Assembly: GCA_964400185.1 (NCBI GenBank)
Contig: CAYNUI010000001.1
Location: 1 to 51,666 of the forward strand
Direction of reading: 5' to 3'
Source: an uncultured Hyphomonas sp.
GTDB taxonomy: Bacteria; Pseudomonadota; Alphaproteobacteria; Caulobacterales; Hyphomonadaceae
Length of the DNA stretch: 51,666 bases
Of the stretch, positions 9,736 to 19,531 are shown in pieces. The notes under the pieces are model-generated. The model was not told the origin of the DNA. It worked only from the letters and a program-made list of their open reading frames with translations, and ran no database searches. The number at the start of each line of letters is the position of its first letter. Position 1 is the stretch's first letter. The position numbers were made by a program, and so were the translations under genes.

Positions 9736-10928
9736 AGTCGGCGCGTCCTTATCTTCATCAATCCGTAAATCGCCCCGCGAAGGCGCTTTAAGGAGGTTTT
9801 GTATTTTAGGATCCATTTGAACCGGCGTCGCAGAAAAAGCTCCGCTTGAACGATCCAATGATACTTTTCGGCATAAGCGATCGTGTCTTGTAGGACCGTC
9901 GCAATATCCGTGCGTCCAATCTGCTCGGCATACTCTAAGAGCTCAGAGCAATTCACGTGACCGGGCAATAGAAAACGCGACAGTTTAGTTGGATCGTAGG
10001 CGCTCCAATCAAAACTCGAGGCCTGAGATCTTTCGACACCAAGCAAGTCCAGCGTGATCATCGAGCGCAAGCATTTCTGGCAATTCGAACAATTGATGTG
10101 CTCGCCCGCCTGCGGGCCGCGCTCACATACGGACAGGTACTTCAAGATCGTCGTGTTGCTTGCAATCGCGCGATGCTTTTCAAATCGTGTGAACGCCTCA
10201 CCATCATGTCGATACTCCATGCTGGCGGATGACATGAGAGGGTCGGTTTTCGGATGCGATCCCCATGGACGCAATTGGTCTTCAGCAAATGAGGCTGAGA
10301 TGATCAGTCGATCAATCTCCGCACCAAGGAAGTGACCCACCGCTGCCATGCACAGTCCATGACTTACAGACGTCCACGCATCCTCAATTTCGCGGAACGC
10401 GTACATCACGTTTGTCTCCACCCCGATGAGGGTATCGCCGGTATTTTCCGCAAACTTGCTTAGATCGTCATACAGCCGCAACGCAGCGACATCGTCGCCA
10501 GGCTGCCGCGCGTGAATGAGATTGATCAGCGTGGAGATCTCACTTCGGCTCTGTTCGAGCGTGAACATAGAATCGACTCCGCCGCTCATGAGGCAACCTG
10601 CGGTGCGGCGCTCAGGGTCAACCTCGGACACGACAGTTTGAGCCGAAATATTGATCGGGCGATGGCCCCACCACTGTTCCCATTGGCGCATCGCCGCATG
10701 GAAGTTCTCGTAGAGTTTCGCATCGACGAGCCCGTGATGCTGATAAGGCTCAGATCTCAAAAAGGCGGCGAGCGCTCCCACGAGAAAGAAATGATCCGTG
10801 CGCGCGGGCTCGGAGATCGGTGATGTACTGCCGAAATAGACGGAGATGCTCTGACCCGAGCGCGTCTCGAATTGCCCCACTTGCATACAGTGCGGGGTGT
10901 AAGTCGTATCGACGCTTAGCAGTTTCAT
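9732..10928 (-). CDS. Uncharacterised PP-loop (adenine nucleotide alpha-hydrolase, QueC-like) protein
   Basis: MSGGVDS PP-loop, PWGSHP..DPL, and C-terminal SVC...NCSNCQKC metal-binding pattern. Confidence 0.72.
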   Translation of the reverse strand: MKLLSVDTTYTPHCMQVGQFETRSGQSISVYFGSTSPISEPARTDHFFLVGALAAFLRSEPYQHHGLVDAKLYENFHAAMRQWEQWWGHRPINISAQTVVSEVDPERRTAGCLMSGGVDSMFTLEQSRSEISTLINLIHARQPGDDVAALRLYDDLSKFAENTGDTLIGVETNVMYAFREIEDAWTSVSHGLCMAAVGHFLGAEIDRLIISASFAEDQLRPWGSHPKTDPLMSSASMEYRHDGEAFTRFEKHRAIASNTTILKYLSVCERGPQAGEHINCSNCQKCLRSMITLDLLGVERSQASSFDWSAYDPTKLSRFLLPGHVNCSELLEYAEQIGRTDIATVLQDTIAYAEKYHWIVQAELFLRRRFKWILKYKTSLKRLRGAIYGLMKIRTRRL

Positions 10929-10978
10929 TAATCAGTCCCGCGCTGGACGATCCTAGATCGGACCTCACGGAATTGCTG

Positions 10979-10994
10979 TGCGAGTTTTGTGCCA
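10979..10994 (-). promoter_or_regulatory. sigma54 promoter for the PP-loop/acyltransferase unit
   Basis: Minus strand TGGCACAAAACTCGCA, about 50 nt upstream of ATG 10928. Confidence 0.7.
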
Positions 10995-11025
10995 AATGGC
11001 CGGGCTCAAACCGGCCTTTGTTCAC

Positions 11026-12567
11026 TTATGTGTGAGCGGCCGCCTCGGTTGTTTCTTGACCTAGGCCTTTGGTCTGATTTCGCGATTGGTAAAAGTCCCA
11101 AGCGACGACCAGCACGGTGACAGTAAACACCCATACGACGCGGCCTTGATAGCGATCCGTGACCGCAGATAGCGCTCCACAGATGGCCGCATTTATCAGG
11201 ATTCCGCCACCGACGATCAGCATTAGTCGTCCATATTGCGAATTGAAGATCAGGCCTTTGGAGCGGATCAACCAGACTAAAATCAATATCGAAGCCCCAA
11301 ACCCGGCCAAGAAGATAATGCGGAACGGCACTTTCCACGCCAAGCGCTCTGGTTGGCTAACGGTGGACGTAAAATTCCCATCAGGCGTACGAACAATGTC
11401 GATATCGAACCTATGATCAGCTAAGCCGATATCGAACAATTGTCTCACGGCCGCATAAGCGCCGCGCCGGATCGTGACAAATGGATAGCGCTTCAATGCC
11501 GCCTCGACGATCGCGCTTTCTTCTTCTCGGATACGCTGAACTTGTTCGGGGGTGGCGATGTCGCGAATGCCACCTGGCTCCCAGAGGAACTCCCCGGCCG
11601 TGGGCGGGATATCGTTTTCAGGATAAAGCTCACAAACCGTATAATCAGCGCCTTCCGCACACGCCTCGGTTAAATACCAATGGGCAGGGCCATCTCCAAT
11701 CGAACGCGCAAGAAGAATGGGGTACCGCTTACCGGTAACGCTCGGCTCGTCGAAACCAACCATGTTGACCGCCATAGACGCGGCCAGTCCCAATCCAATC
11801 GGAACCGCGACCCAAGAGTAAGCCATAGCCGTGGCCATGAACCCAATGCGTCTGAGGTCCAGCAGGAAAACCAAGCCTGACAAGACGCCCAAAAGCGCCA
11901 AGATTGGGATCATGCTGAGATGTGCCATGACAGAGAAGAAAATCAGGCCGCTAATCACCAAACGTCGAACGATGTGAATTTTGCTTTGGTAAACCGTTAA
12001 AAGTCCGATCCCCAAGATCGAGATTCCAGCGAAAATATCGGGCATCACGAAGGCTGCAAACCAAGGTGTGGGAGTAAGGAATAGCAGCACTGCCCAAATA
12101 CCGAGCACCACTTTGGGTGCACGCTCACGGATACCCACTTGGCCGAAGAAAGTGTCCAATATGAAAATGACTAAAACCGATTGGATCCACGTCGCCAATA
12201 GAATGGAATCTCCCGGCCAACGGCCGAGATACGCGAATACCGCATAAGCAACCGAACGCACCCCATATATGCCGCTGGTCGCCGATTCTACCGAGCCATC
12301 GTCGGACGCTGACCCAAACCAACCGGTAAGCAAATCACCGGCAAACATAAGGGCGAGGCGTCCGCCGCGCAGATAGCCTTCTGAATCGCCGAAATAGTAT
12401 GGCCCACTGTTCAGAAGCGTCGGCCAAAGGAAGGCGAACGAAAGACAAAGCAAAAACAGAATCGGGCGCTGTATGCTCCAATCAGCAACCTTCTGGCATG
12501 CATGTTCCAATCGATTCACGATCGCGTCCCCACAGAATTTGCCTGATTTCTGTTCATCAAACGGCAT
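11026..12567 (-). CDS. Multi-TM membrane protein, putative GT-C fold glycosyltransferase
   Basis: About 12 TM segments, an acidic motif after TM1 (YFGDSEGY), MPDIFAG, a large periplasmic loop and DRYQGR. Start uncertain (ATG 12567 or GTG 12519); the track TTG 12597 lies inside the predicted promoter. Confidence 0.6.
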   Translation of the reverse strand: MPFDEQKSGKFCGDAIVNRLEHACQKVADWSIQRPILFLLCLSFAFLWPTLLNSGPYYFGDSEGYLRGGRLALMFAGDLLTGWFGSASDDGSVESATSGIYGVRSVAYAVFAYLGRWPGDSILLATWIQSVLVIFILDTFFGQVGIRERAPKVVLGIWAVLLFLTPTPWFAAFVMPDIFAGISILGIGLLTVYQSKIHIVRRLVISGLIFFSVMAHLSMIPILALLGVLSGLVFLLDLRRIGFMATAMAYSWVAVPIGLGLAASMAVNMVGFDEPSVTGKRYPILLARSIGDGPAHWYLTEACAEGADYTVCELYPENDIPPTAGEFLWEPGGIRDIATPEQVQRIREEESAIVEAALKRYPFVTIRRGAYAAVRQLFDIGLADHRFDIDIVRTPDGNFTSTVSQPERLAWKVPFRIIFLAGFGASILILVWLIRSKGLIFNSQYGRLMLIVGGGILINAAICGALSAVTDRYQGRVVWVFTVTVLVVAWDFYQSRNQTKGLGQETTEAAAHT

Positions 12568-12592
12568 TAGGTCAACAAAGAACCCGGCGATA

Positions 12593-12608
12593 CGCAAAAA
12601 ATGTTCCT
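12593..12608 (-). promoter_or_regulatory. Putative sigma54 promoter
   Basis: Minus strand AGGAACATTTTTTGCG, GG-N10-GC. Confidence 0.5.
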
Positions 12609-12823
12609 AAAATTCGCGTGCCTGGAGAATCCTGGCCAGGAAGCTCGATTCTCCTTTGCTTTTTCAAAAATCCACTTTTACTAGTTGTTAAGAAGTTTCG
12701 CGGCGACCGCCGCAATTTCGTTGGGATCATGAGCGTTTAGAGTGATCTCGAAGATGTAGATTGATGCAAAAGCACCGGGGACGATTGCATGCACGACTAG
12801 CTTCCAATGTGGGTGGTGAAAAC

Positions 12824-12839
12824 CGGTATCGAGTTTGCA
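12824..12839 (+). promoter_or_regulatory. Putative sigma54 promoter
   Basis: CGGTATCGAGTTTGCA, about 60 nt upstream of ATG 12902. Confidence 0.55.
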
Positions 12840-12901
12840 AGGGCCGATACGGATTTCAACTTGAAACACCTTAGCGAAGCTAGGACTTGGGGACGAAACA
12901 G

Positions 12902-14425
12902 ATGGATGATGCATCCTTGCAAGTAAGCACGGGCGAGCCCGTAACTGGCGGCGACGACTATGTCGGCACCGGTAAACAGGACAAGTCTGTGGCCATTATC
13001 GGCGGAGGCCCAGCGGGCCTGACCGCTGCGTACATGTTGCAGCGCGAAAGCGACGATCATAAACCGATCGTGTTCGAAGCCTCGACCTTGGTGGGTGGTA
13101 TTTCGCGCACCGAGTCACACAATGGCTATCGCTTTGATATTGGCGGACACCGCTTTTTCACCAAGGTGACGGAAGTCGAAAAACTGTGGCACGACATCTG
13201 CGGCGACGAGTTGATGACCCGTCCGCGGACGAGCCGGATCTATTATCGCGGGAAGTTCTACAATTACCCGCTGAAGATTTTCAACGCGCTCTTTAATATC
13301 GGCCCGATCGAAGCCGTTCGGATTATGCTCAGCTATTTGCGCTGGAACATCTGGCCTCACAAAAAAGAAGACAATTTGGAGCAATGGGTGACGAACCGGT
13401 TCGGTAAGCGCCTCTTCAAGCACTTCTTTGAGACCTATACTGAGAAAGTATGGGGCATTCCGTGTACGGAAATTCGTGCAGACTGGGCGGCACAACGGAT
13501 TAAGAACCTGTCCTTGACCAAAGCGGTCTGGAACGCGCTCACGGGCGCGAATGATACAGCCAGCTTGATCGAAGAGTTTGAGTATCCGCGCCTCGGGCCG
13601 GGTCAAATGTGGGAAATGTGCAGTGACAAAGTCGTTGCAGATGGCGGCGAAGTGAACATGCAGTCTTATGTCCGCACCATTCACCGCGATGGCAATCGGG
13701 TCACTGGCATTGATGTCGAAACACTCGTCGATGGCGAAGTGAAGAAGCATCGCCAAGAGGCTGACTTCTTCCTGAACTCGATGCCGATCAATGAAATGGT
13801 TGCAGCGTTCGAACCTGCTGCACCAAAAGAGGTCGTCGAAGCAGCGAAGAAGCTGAAGTATCGCGACTTCTTGATCGTTACGCTGGTTCTGGATCATGCA
13901 GATCCGTTCCCTGACAACTGGATCTACATTCACAGTCCTGAAGTGAATGTTGGTCGCATCCAAAACTTCCGCACCTGGTCTGAGCACATGCTGCCCGATC
14001 CAAACACGGCCAGTATCGGTATGGAATTCTTCTGCCACGAAGGTGATGGTCTTTGGGAAATGGCGAATGAAGACCTGATCGAGCTTGCAGGCAAGGAACT
14101 TGAACAGCTTGGCTTGGCCGATCAGAAATCCGTCGTCGATGGGTTCGTCATCCGCCAGAAGAAAGCCTATCCGGTCTATGACGGCGAATACATGGAAAAC
14201 CTCGACATTATTAAGGATTGGATCCTGTCGCTCGAGAACTTCCAAACCGTCGGACGTGCGGGCATGCACCGCTACAATAACCAGGACCATTCTATGCTGA
14301 CGGCGATGCTCGCCGCCAAGAACATCCTGGGCGAAGACCACGACCTATGGAGCGTCAATGTTGAGCGCTCTTATCACGAAGAATTCCAGGTCGATAAAGA
14401 CAAGCAATTGGCGGCAGCAGAATGA
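12902..14425 (+). CDS. FAD-dependent oxidoreductase, HemY/UDP-galactopyranose mutase-like
   Basis: IIGGGPAGL, FDIGGHRFF, AYPVY, GRAGMHRYNNQDHSML. Confidence 0.85.
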   Translation: MDDASLQVSTGEPVTGGDDYVGTGKQDKSVAIIGGGPAGLTAAYMLQRESDDHKPIVFEASTLVGGISRTESHNGYRFDIGGHRFFTKVTEVEKLWHDICGDELMTRPRTSRIYYRGKFYNYPLKIFNALFNIGPIEAVRIMLSYLRWNIWPHKKEDNLEQWVTNRFGKRLFKHFFETYTEKVWGIPCTEIRADWAAQRIKNLSLTKAVWNALTGANDTASLIEEFEYPRLGPGQMWEMCSDKVVADGGEVNMQSYVRTIHRDGNRVTGIDVETLVDGEVKKHRQEADFFLNSMPINEMVAAFEPAAPKEVVEAAKKLKYRDFLIVTLVLDHADPFPDNWIYIHSPEVNVGRIQNFRTWSEHMLPDPNTASIGMEFFCHEGDGLWEMANEDLIELAGKELEQLGLADQKSVVDGFVIRQKKAYPVYDGEYMENLDIIKDWILSLENFQTVGRAGMHRYNNQDHSMLTAMLAAKNILGEDHDLWSVNVERSYHEEFQVDKDKQLAAAE

Positions 14426-15453
14426 CCCAATCAGCGAAAGTCGCCGTGATCATCCCCGCGTGGAACGCGGAAGAGACGATCGATGCCTGCATCACGGCGA
14501 TCCTTAACTCGACCCGAAAGCCGGATGAAGTCCTGCTCTACAATGACGGGTCGAGTGATCGCACCGGTGAAATCGCTGCTTCTTACGGGATCACGGTCAT
14601 CGACAATCCAGACAAGTCGGTCGGTCCGGCTGTGGGGCGTCACCGCTGTGCTCAAGAAACCGACGCTGACATTCTCGTCTTTGTCGATGCGGATGTCGAA
14701 GTCGATAAGGACGCCGTAGGCTTCTTGGTTGGCGAAATCTTGTCAGATCCAAAAATTGGTGGAGCCTTCGGCGCCTATGACGAAGACCCGCACTGCACCA
14801 ATATAGCTGCTAAATATACCAATCTGCGCCACCACTATATTCACCAGCAATCGAGCCGCGAAGCGTCGACCTTCTGGACTGGCCTTGGGGCCATTCGATC
14901 TGAAGTGTATCGCTCGCTCGGCGGGTTTGATTTCAATTTCGACAAACCCAGCATTGAGGATGTCGAGCTGGGTACGCGGATCATGAACCATGGCTGGCGT
15001 CTGCGCTTGGTCGCAGAAGCCAAAGGCAAACACTGGAAAAACTGGACGCTGCTCGGTCTCTGGGAAACCGATATTTTCAAGCGTGCCAAGCCTTGGTCGA
15101 AGCTAATCGCAAGCGGTGAAGCCAAAGGCGAAGACCTGAACACGTCTCATAAAGAGAAATTCAGCGCCGTACTGGCTCACAGCATGTGGCTGACCGGATT
15201 GATCTCGATCTTTGTTCCAGCCGCTTTGGTCATCTTCCTGACCGTTACGGCGCTCTATTTGGTCATGAATGCCGGCCTTCTAGCCCTGTTCCTGCGAAAG
15301 GGCGGCTTTGGCTTAATGGTGGTCGGTGCCGGTTTGCATTGGGTCTATCACCTGTATTCCAGCGTCGTGTTTGGCCTCGTCTTAGTGCAATATTTCGTCA
15401 CGAAGCCGGCGCCCGAGGCGAAAACCGAAATCAGCCATTACCCGCCTGAATAG
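14422..15453 (+). CDS. Glycosyltransferase family 2 with C-terminal TM helices
   Basis: VIIPAWN, NDGSSD, FVDAD, GGFD..F..SIEDVELG. ATGA overlap with the upstream gene. Confidence 0.9.
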   Translation: MTQSAKVAVIIPAWNAEETIDACITAILNSTRKPDEVLLYNDGSSDRTGEIAASYGITVIDNPDKSVGPAVGRHRCAQETDADILVFVDADVEVDKDAVGFLVGEILSDPKIGGAFGAYDEDPHCTNIAAKYTNLRHHYIHQQSSREASTFWTGLGAIRSEVYRSLGGFDFNFDKPSIEDVELGTRIMNHGWRLRLVAEAKGKHWKNWTLLGLWETDIFKRAKPWSKLIASGEAKGEDLNTSHKEKFSAVLAHSMWLTGLISIFVPAALVIFLTVTALYLVMNAGLLALFLRKGGFGLMVVGAGLHWVYHLYSSVVFGLVLVQYFVTKPAPEAKTEISHYPPE

Positions 15454-15509
15454 TTCGGTCTGCTGCTTCACAATCGGCAAAGCGGCCCATCCAAATTTAG
15501 CTTGTGAAC

Positions 15510-15525
15510 TGGCCTTGAACTTGCG
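15510..15525 (+). promoter_or_regulatory. Putative sigma54 promoter
   Basis: TGGCCTTGAACTTGCG, 33 nt upstream of ATG 15559. Confidence 0.6.
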
Positions 15526-15558
15526 TATTTCGGGTAAGGTATTTGGCCTTGTTCAATC

Positions 15559-16545
15559 ATGGGGAAGAGCGTGCGTATATTAGTGACAGGTGGCGCCGGT
15601 TTTATTGGGTCGCACTTAGCCGAGCGCTTGATTGCAGACGGACATGAAGTGGTCGCGCTGGACGATTTTTCGACGGGATTGCGTGAGAACCTAGGCATTG
15701 TCGACGGTCATCCGAACTTCTCATTGATCGAAGGGTCCGTGCTTGATCTGCCATTGGTGAATAAGCTTGTGAGTGAAGCCGACACGGTGATCCATCTTGC
15801 AGCGGCCGTGGGCGTCAAACTGATCATGGATGAGCCGAGCCGGTCTATTCTCACCAATATCACAGGTACGGAAAACGTCCTCAAAGCTGCGATCCCTGAC
15901 AAGACACCCGTCTTCGTCGCCTCCACGTCTGAGGTTTATGGGAAGGCGTCAAAGTTCCCGTTCGAGGAAGATGATGACCTGACGATTGGCGCCACGAAAA
16001 ATCTGCGCTGGTCTTATGCCAGCGCCAAGACACTCGATGAATTCCTCGCCCTCGCCTACGCGCGTGAAGTTGAGCTGCCGGTCGTGATCTTGCGTTTCTT
16101 CAATACGACCGGCCCTCGCCAAACGGGGCGCTATGGCATGGTCTTGCCGAACTTTGTGCAGAACGCCCTCGATGGAAAACCCCTCAAAGTTCATGGCACG
16201 GGCGAACAGTCTCGCTGTTTTGGTCATGTGCTCGATGTCGTTGAAGCGCTGATGCGTCTTTTAAAAACACCGGCCGCTTATGGAAATGTCTATAATATCG
16301 GAACGGACCAAGAAGTGACGATCAAACGTCTGGCGGAAAAAGTCATCGAGGCCACCGGCTCCAGTTCATCCATCGAGCTTGTGCCGTATAGCGATGTCTA
16401 TCCAGAAGGCTTTGAAGACATGCAGCGGCGTCTTCCGAGCGTCGACAAATTGCATGCGGCGATCGATTTTCGCCCGATGCGAACTTTGGATCAGATCATT
16501 TCCGACATCATTGATGAGAAGCGAGCCCAAAAGGCAGCGGCCTAA
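15559..16545 (+). CDS. NAD-dependent nucleotide-sugar epimerase/dehydratase/decarboxylase (extended SDR; ArnA-decarboxylase/UXS-like)
   Basis: TGGAGFIG, HLAA, ASTSEVYGK, RWSYASAK (YxxxK), LRFFNTTGPRQ. Confidence 0.88.
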   Translation: MGKSVRILVTGGAGFIGSHLAERLIADGHEVVALDDFSTGLRENLGIVDGHPNFSLIEGSVLDLPLVNKLVSEADTVIHLAAAVGVKLIMDEPSRSILTNITGTENVLKAAIPDKTPVFVASTSEVYGKASKFPFEEDDDLTIGATKNLRWSYASAKTLDEFLALAYAREVELPVVILRFFNTTGPRQTGRYGMVLPNFVQNALDGKPLKVHGTGEQSRCFGHVLDVVEALMRLLKTPAAYGNVYNIGTDQEVTIKRLAEKVIEATGSSSSIELVPYSDVYPEGFEDMQRRLPSVDKLHAAIDFRPMRTLDQIISDIIDEKRAQKAAA

Positions 16546-17999
16546 TGTTCGACCTCAAATCTCTCAATCAATATCACGTGCTGGGCGGCATTCTGCTGCT
16601 CGCCGCGGTGTTGCGGATTTGGGGTTTGAACGCACCGCTTTGGTTCGATGAGATTGTAACCCTGGACTCGCATGTGCGCTTGCCTTGGGGCGAGATGATG
16701 CAGTCCTATTCGATGAACCATCACTATCTATTCAGTCTGCAATCAAAGGTGTTTGTTTCGATATTTGGCGAGTCAGCCTGGGCGTTGCGAATGCCCGCCA
16801 TGCTGTTCGGCGTCGGCTCAATCGCGGCCATATGGTGGCTCGCACGGGACCTATCTGATAAATGGATTGCCCATCTCACCGCCCTCCTGCTCGCGATTTC
16901 ATTCCACCATATCTGGTTCTCGCAAAACGCCCGCGGTTATACAGAGCTCGCCTTCTGGAGTTCGCTCGGCATGATCTTCTTCATGAACGGTCTTCGATCG
17001 CCGTCTTGGAAGACATGGGCGGGCTATGCGCTTTGCCTATTCTTCGCGGTTGCGACGCACCTGACTGGCGCGTTTTTCTTTATCGCCCAAGGATTGGTTT
17101 GGCTGAGTCTTGCGCTCCCGCGCGTGTTTAAGGACGGGATCAAATCTGATTTCGTGATCATGCCCACTGTGGGCTATCTCGCAGGCGGGGCGCTCATTTT
17201 GCTCTTCTATGCACCGGTCTTTGGCAGCTTGGTTGAATCTGTGGGGGGTGTGACTGACACGAGTGCCGGGGACGTGATGCAGGAATACCAAAATCCAATC
17301 TGGACCGTCATCGAAGGGGTCCGCACAGCTGTCGGCTCGCTCGGCCCGATTGTCGGATTGATTGCCCTGGCTGTCCTCACTTTGGTGGCGCTTGGGTCTT
17401 ATGATTTGCGCAACAAAAGCCGCGTCTTCCCGATCACGATTGGTCTCCATATTCTGGTGACGATTGCGCTGCTCATGGCGCTGAATATGCGCATTTGGCC
17501 TCGCTTCTTCTTCGTCGATATTGGCTTCTTAATGCTCCTAATCGTTTTAGGCGTTCGGTTTTCGATCCAGATTTTCACGAGGTACGTCTCTCTGGTTCCG
17601 GCGCGCACCCTGTTCACGGCTGCAGCCGCCGCAATGGTTCTGATTTCAGGCGTCATGGCCGCGCGAAACTACACTGCGCCAAAACAGAATCTGATCGGCG
17701 CTTACACCTTTGCTGAGACAGAGCGATCAGGCGGCGCAGAGGTATTCGCGGTTGGCGTCGCATCAGACCTTTATCTTGGCTTTTTCGGTGCGGATTGGGG
17801 CGTTGTGATGGATGACGAGGACTATGCTGCCGCCGCCGCGACCGAAGGCGCGCAAGTCTATGTGGTCGCTCTGCCCGATCGCAGTTTCCGCATGGTCCCA
17901 GAGCTTTATACGCAATGGCAAGCTGAAGAGTTGGATCTCATTAAAGTGTTTCCTGGAACGCTGGGCGATGGCTATGTGCTCGTCCTGCGGCGTGGATAA
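16545..17999 (+). CDS. GT39/ArnT/PMT-like GT-C glycosyltransferase
   Basis: LWFDE after TM1, GESAWALRMP, SQNARGY, about 12 TM segments and a C-terminal periplasmic domain. Confidence 0.85.
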   Translation: MFDLKSLNQYHVLGGILLLAAVLRIWGLNAPLWFDEIVTLDSHVRLPWGEMMQSYSMNHHYLFSLQSKVFVSIFGESAWALRMPAMLFGVGSIAAIWWLARDLSDKWIAHLTALLLAISFHHIWFSQNARGYTELAFWSSLGMIFFMNGLRSPSWKTWAGYALCLFFAVATHLTGAFFFIAQGLVWLSLALPRVFKDGIKSDFVIMPTVGYLAGGALILLFYAPVFGSLVESVGGVTDTSAGDVMQEYQNPIWTVIEGVRTAVGSLGPIVGLIALAVLTLVALGSYDLRNKSRVFPITIGLHILVTIALLMALNMRIWPRFFFVDIGFLMLLIVLGVRFSIQIFTRYVSLVPARTLFTAAAAAMVLISGVMAARNYTAPKQNLIGAYTFAETERSGGAEVFAVGVASDLYLGFFGADWGVVMDDEDYAAAAATEGAQVYVVALPDRSFRMVPELYTQWQAEELDLIKVFPGTLGDGYVLVLRRG

Positions 18000-18001
18000 T
18001 C

Positions 18002-19531
18002 GTGGACATCGTCATTGGCTCCGGGCCCGCCGGGCTTGCGACCGCTTCAGCACTGTTGGAGCGGGGTCGGCAGGTCACGATGCTGGATGGCGGCAAGACT
18101 CTGCCGCCGGACGCCCTTGAACGAAAAAAAGAGTTCGCTCAAACGCCAGCCGCGCAATGGAGCGACGCCCAGAAAAACGCTTGGCGTGCCCCTCAGTTTT
18201 CACCAAGCGATGACCGCGTTCACCGCTATGGATCAAACCACGCGCAAGAGACACTCGACGGCCTGATTGATCCACAACCGGATTGGTTTGCGGCCCGCGC
18301 TTCGCACGCCGTTGGCGGTTTCTCCAACGTTTGGGGATCGGCAGTCTTACCGAACCGACAAGCCGATATCGAAGCCTGGCCGATAACGGCTGACCAACTG
18401 GCCCCGCATTATAAAGCGGTTTCCGAACTGGTCCCGATTTCAGGTCGCAGCGACGCTTTGGACACCCTGCTTCCGGCATTCTCGATGAAGGGGCGCAAGC
18501 CGCTTCAAGCCGGACCACAAGGGCGCAAACTCTTAGATCGGCTGGAGCCGCTTACCGATCAATTGCAAGCGGCCGGCGTACATGTCGGACAAGCGCGCCA
18601 AGCCGTTCGCGCCGATTGCCAATATTGCGGCATGTGTTTGCACGGCTGCCCTTGGGATCAGATCTTCTCTGCGGCGCATGGGCTGGGTGCCCTCTTGGCC
18701 AATCCCAATTTCGAACACTTGCCAGGGCGTCTGGTTCGAGCGTTCGAAGAGCAAGGCGATGAGGTGATCGTACACTTGGAATCAGGGGAACGCCTCACCG
18801 GGTCGCGGCTTTTCATTGGCGCCGGTGTCCTTGAAACCGCGCGGATTGTTCTTGCTTCCGGCGCCGATCCCAAGCCCGTGCGAATCCAGGACAGTCGACA
18901 CTTCTTCTTACCGTTTCTGCACGCGTGGACGCCTGACAAAGATCCTGAACACAGCCCGCATCACACGCTGACAGAAGCCTTTGTCGAGATCGACGATCCA
19001 GATGTGTCGCCGTTTCTCACGCACACTCAGATCTATGGATGGAACGCCTTTTTCTCGCGCGAGATGGTAGCCAATTATGGCTCACGGATTCCGTTTAGCG
19101 CTGGCTTTTTCAAATGGCTCGCCAAACGCCTCATGGTGGCGCAGACCTTCATTCATTCAGACCATTGCGCTGAGATTGAGCTGACACGATCGCCAGGCAA
19201 GGACACTCTTTCGGCCAAGCTGATCGATAAACCAGAAACAGATCAGGTGGTCGGCGCCGCGCGAAAAAAACTGAGTGCCAGCTTGCGCAAAGCCGGTTTA
19301 CATGCGGTGAGTATTGCAAGCCGCATGGATCCCCCTGGCTCAAGCTTTCATTTTGGTGGAACCTTCCCCATGCAGGATACACCCGGTGCCCAACAAACGG
19401 ACTCGGTCGGTCGCCTCAACGGGACGAAAAACGTTCACCTCATTGATGCGTCCGTTCTGCCGAGCATCCCCGCCACAACGATTACATTTTCAGTGATGGC
19501 CAACGCGCACCGGATCGGAACCCTGGCTTAA
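18002..19531 (+). CDS. GMC-family flavin oxidoreductase with CxxCxxCxxxC motif
   Basis: VIGSGPAG, GGFSNVWG, CQYCGMCLHGCP, GAGVLET, SFHFGGTFPM, VHLIDASVLP. Confidence 0.82.
   Translation: MDIVIGSGPAGLATASALLERGRQVTMLDGGKTLPPDALERKKEFAQTPAAQWSDAQKNAWRAPQFSPSDDRVHRYGSNHAQETLDGLIDPQPDWFAARASHAVGGFSNVWGSAVLPNRQADIEAWPITADQLAPHYKAVSELVPISGRSDALDTLLPAFSMKGRKPLQAGPQGRKLLDRLEPLTDQLQAAGVHVGQARQAVRADCQYCGMCLHGCPWDQIFSAAHGLGALLANPNFEHLPGRLVRAFEEQGDEVIVHLESGERLTGSRLFIGAGVLETARIVLASGADPKPVRIQDSRHFFLPFLHAWTPDKDPEHSPHHTLTEAFVEIDDPDVSPFLTHTQIYGWNAFFSREMVANYGSRIPFSAGFFKWLAKRLMVAQTFIHSDHCAEIELTRSPGKDTLSAKLIDKPETDQVVGAARKKLSASLRKAGLHAVSIASRMDPPGSSFHFGGTFPMQDTPGAQQTDSVGRLNGTKNVHLIDASVLPSIPATTITFSVMANAHRIGTLA

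Noticed and set aside
9733-10928. queC or a 7-deazaguanine/Qat defence module
   Set aside because: No queD/queE/folE, dpd or TatD genes nearby; the context is purely polysaccharide.
13115-14341. 408-aa antisense ORF, and similar ones at 21562-22221, 23676-24329, 26565-27236, 33253-33936 and 41851-42477
   Set aside because: They lie opposite well-supported genes, show no recognisable motifs, and are typical shadow ORFs from codon bias in GC-rich DNA.
842-19531. Convergent genes with overlapping stop codons (842-845, 3214-3217, 19528-19531)
   Set aside because: This is common in compact bacterial genomes, and there is no further evidence of antisense regulation.
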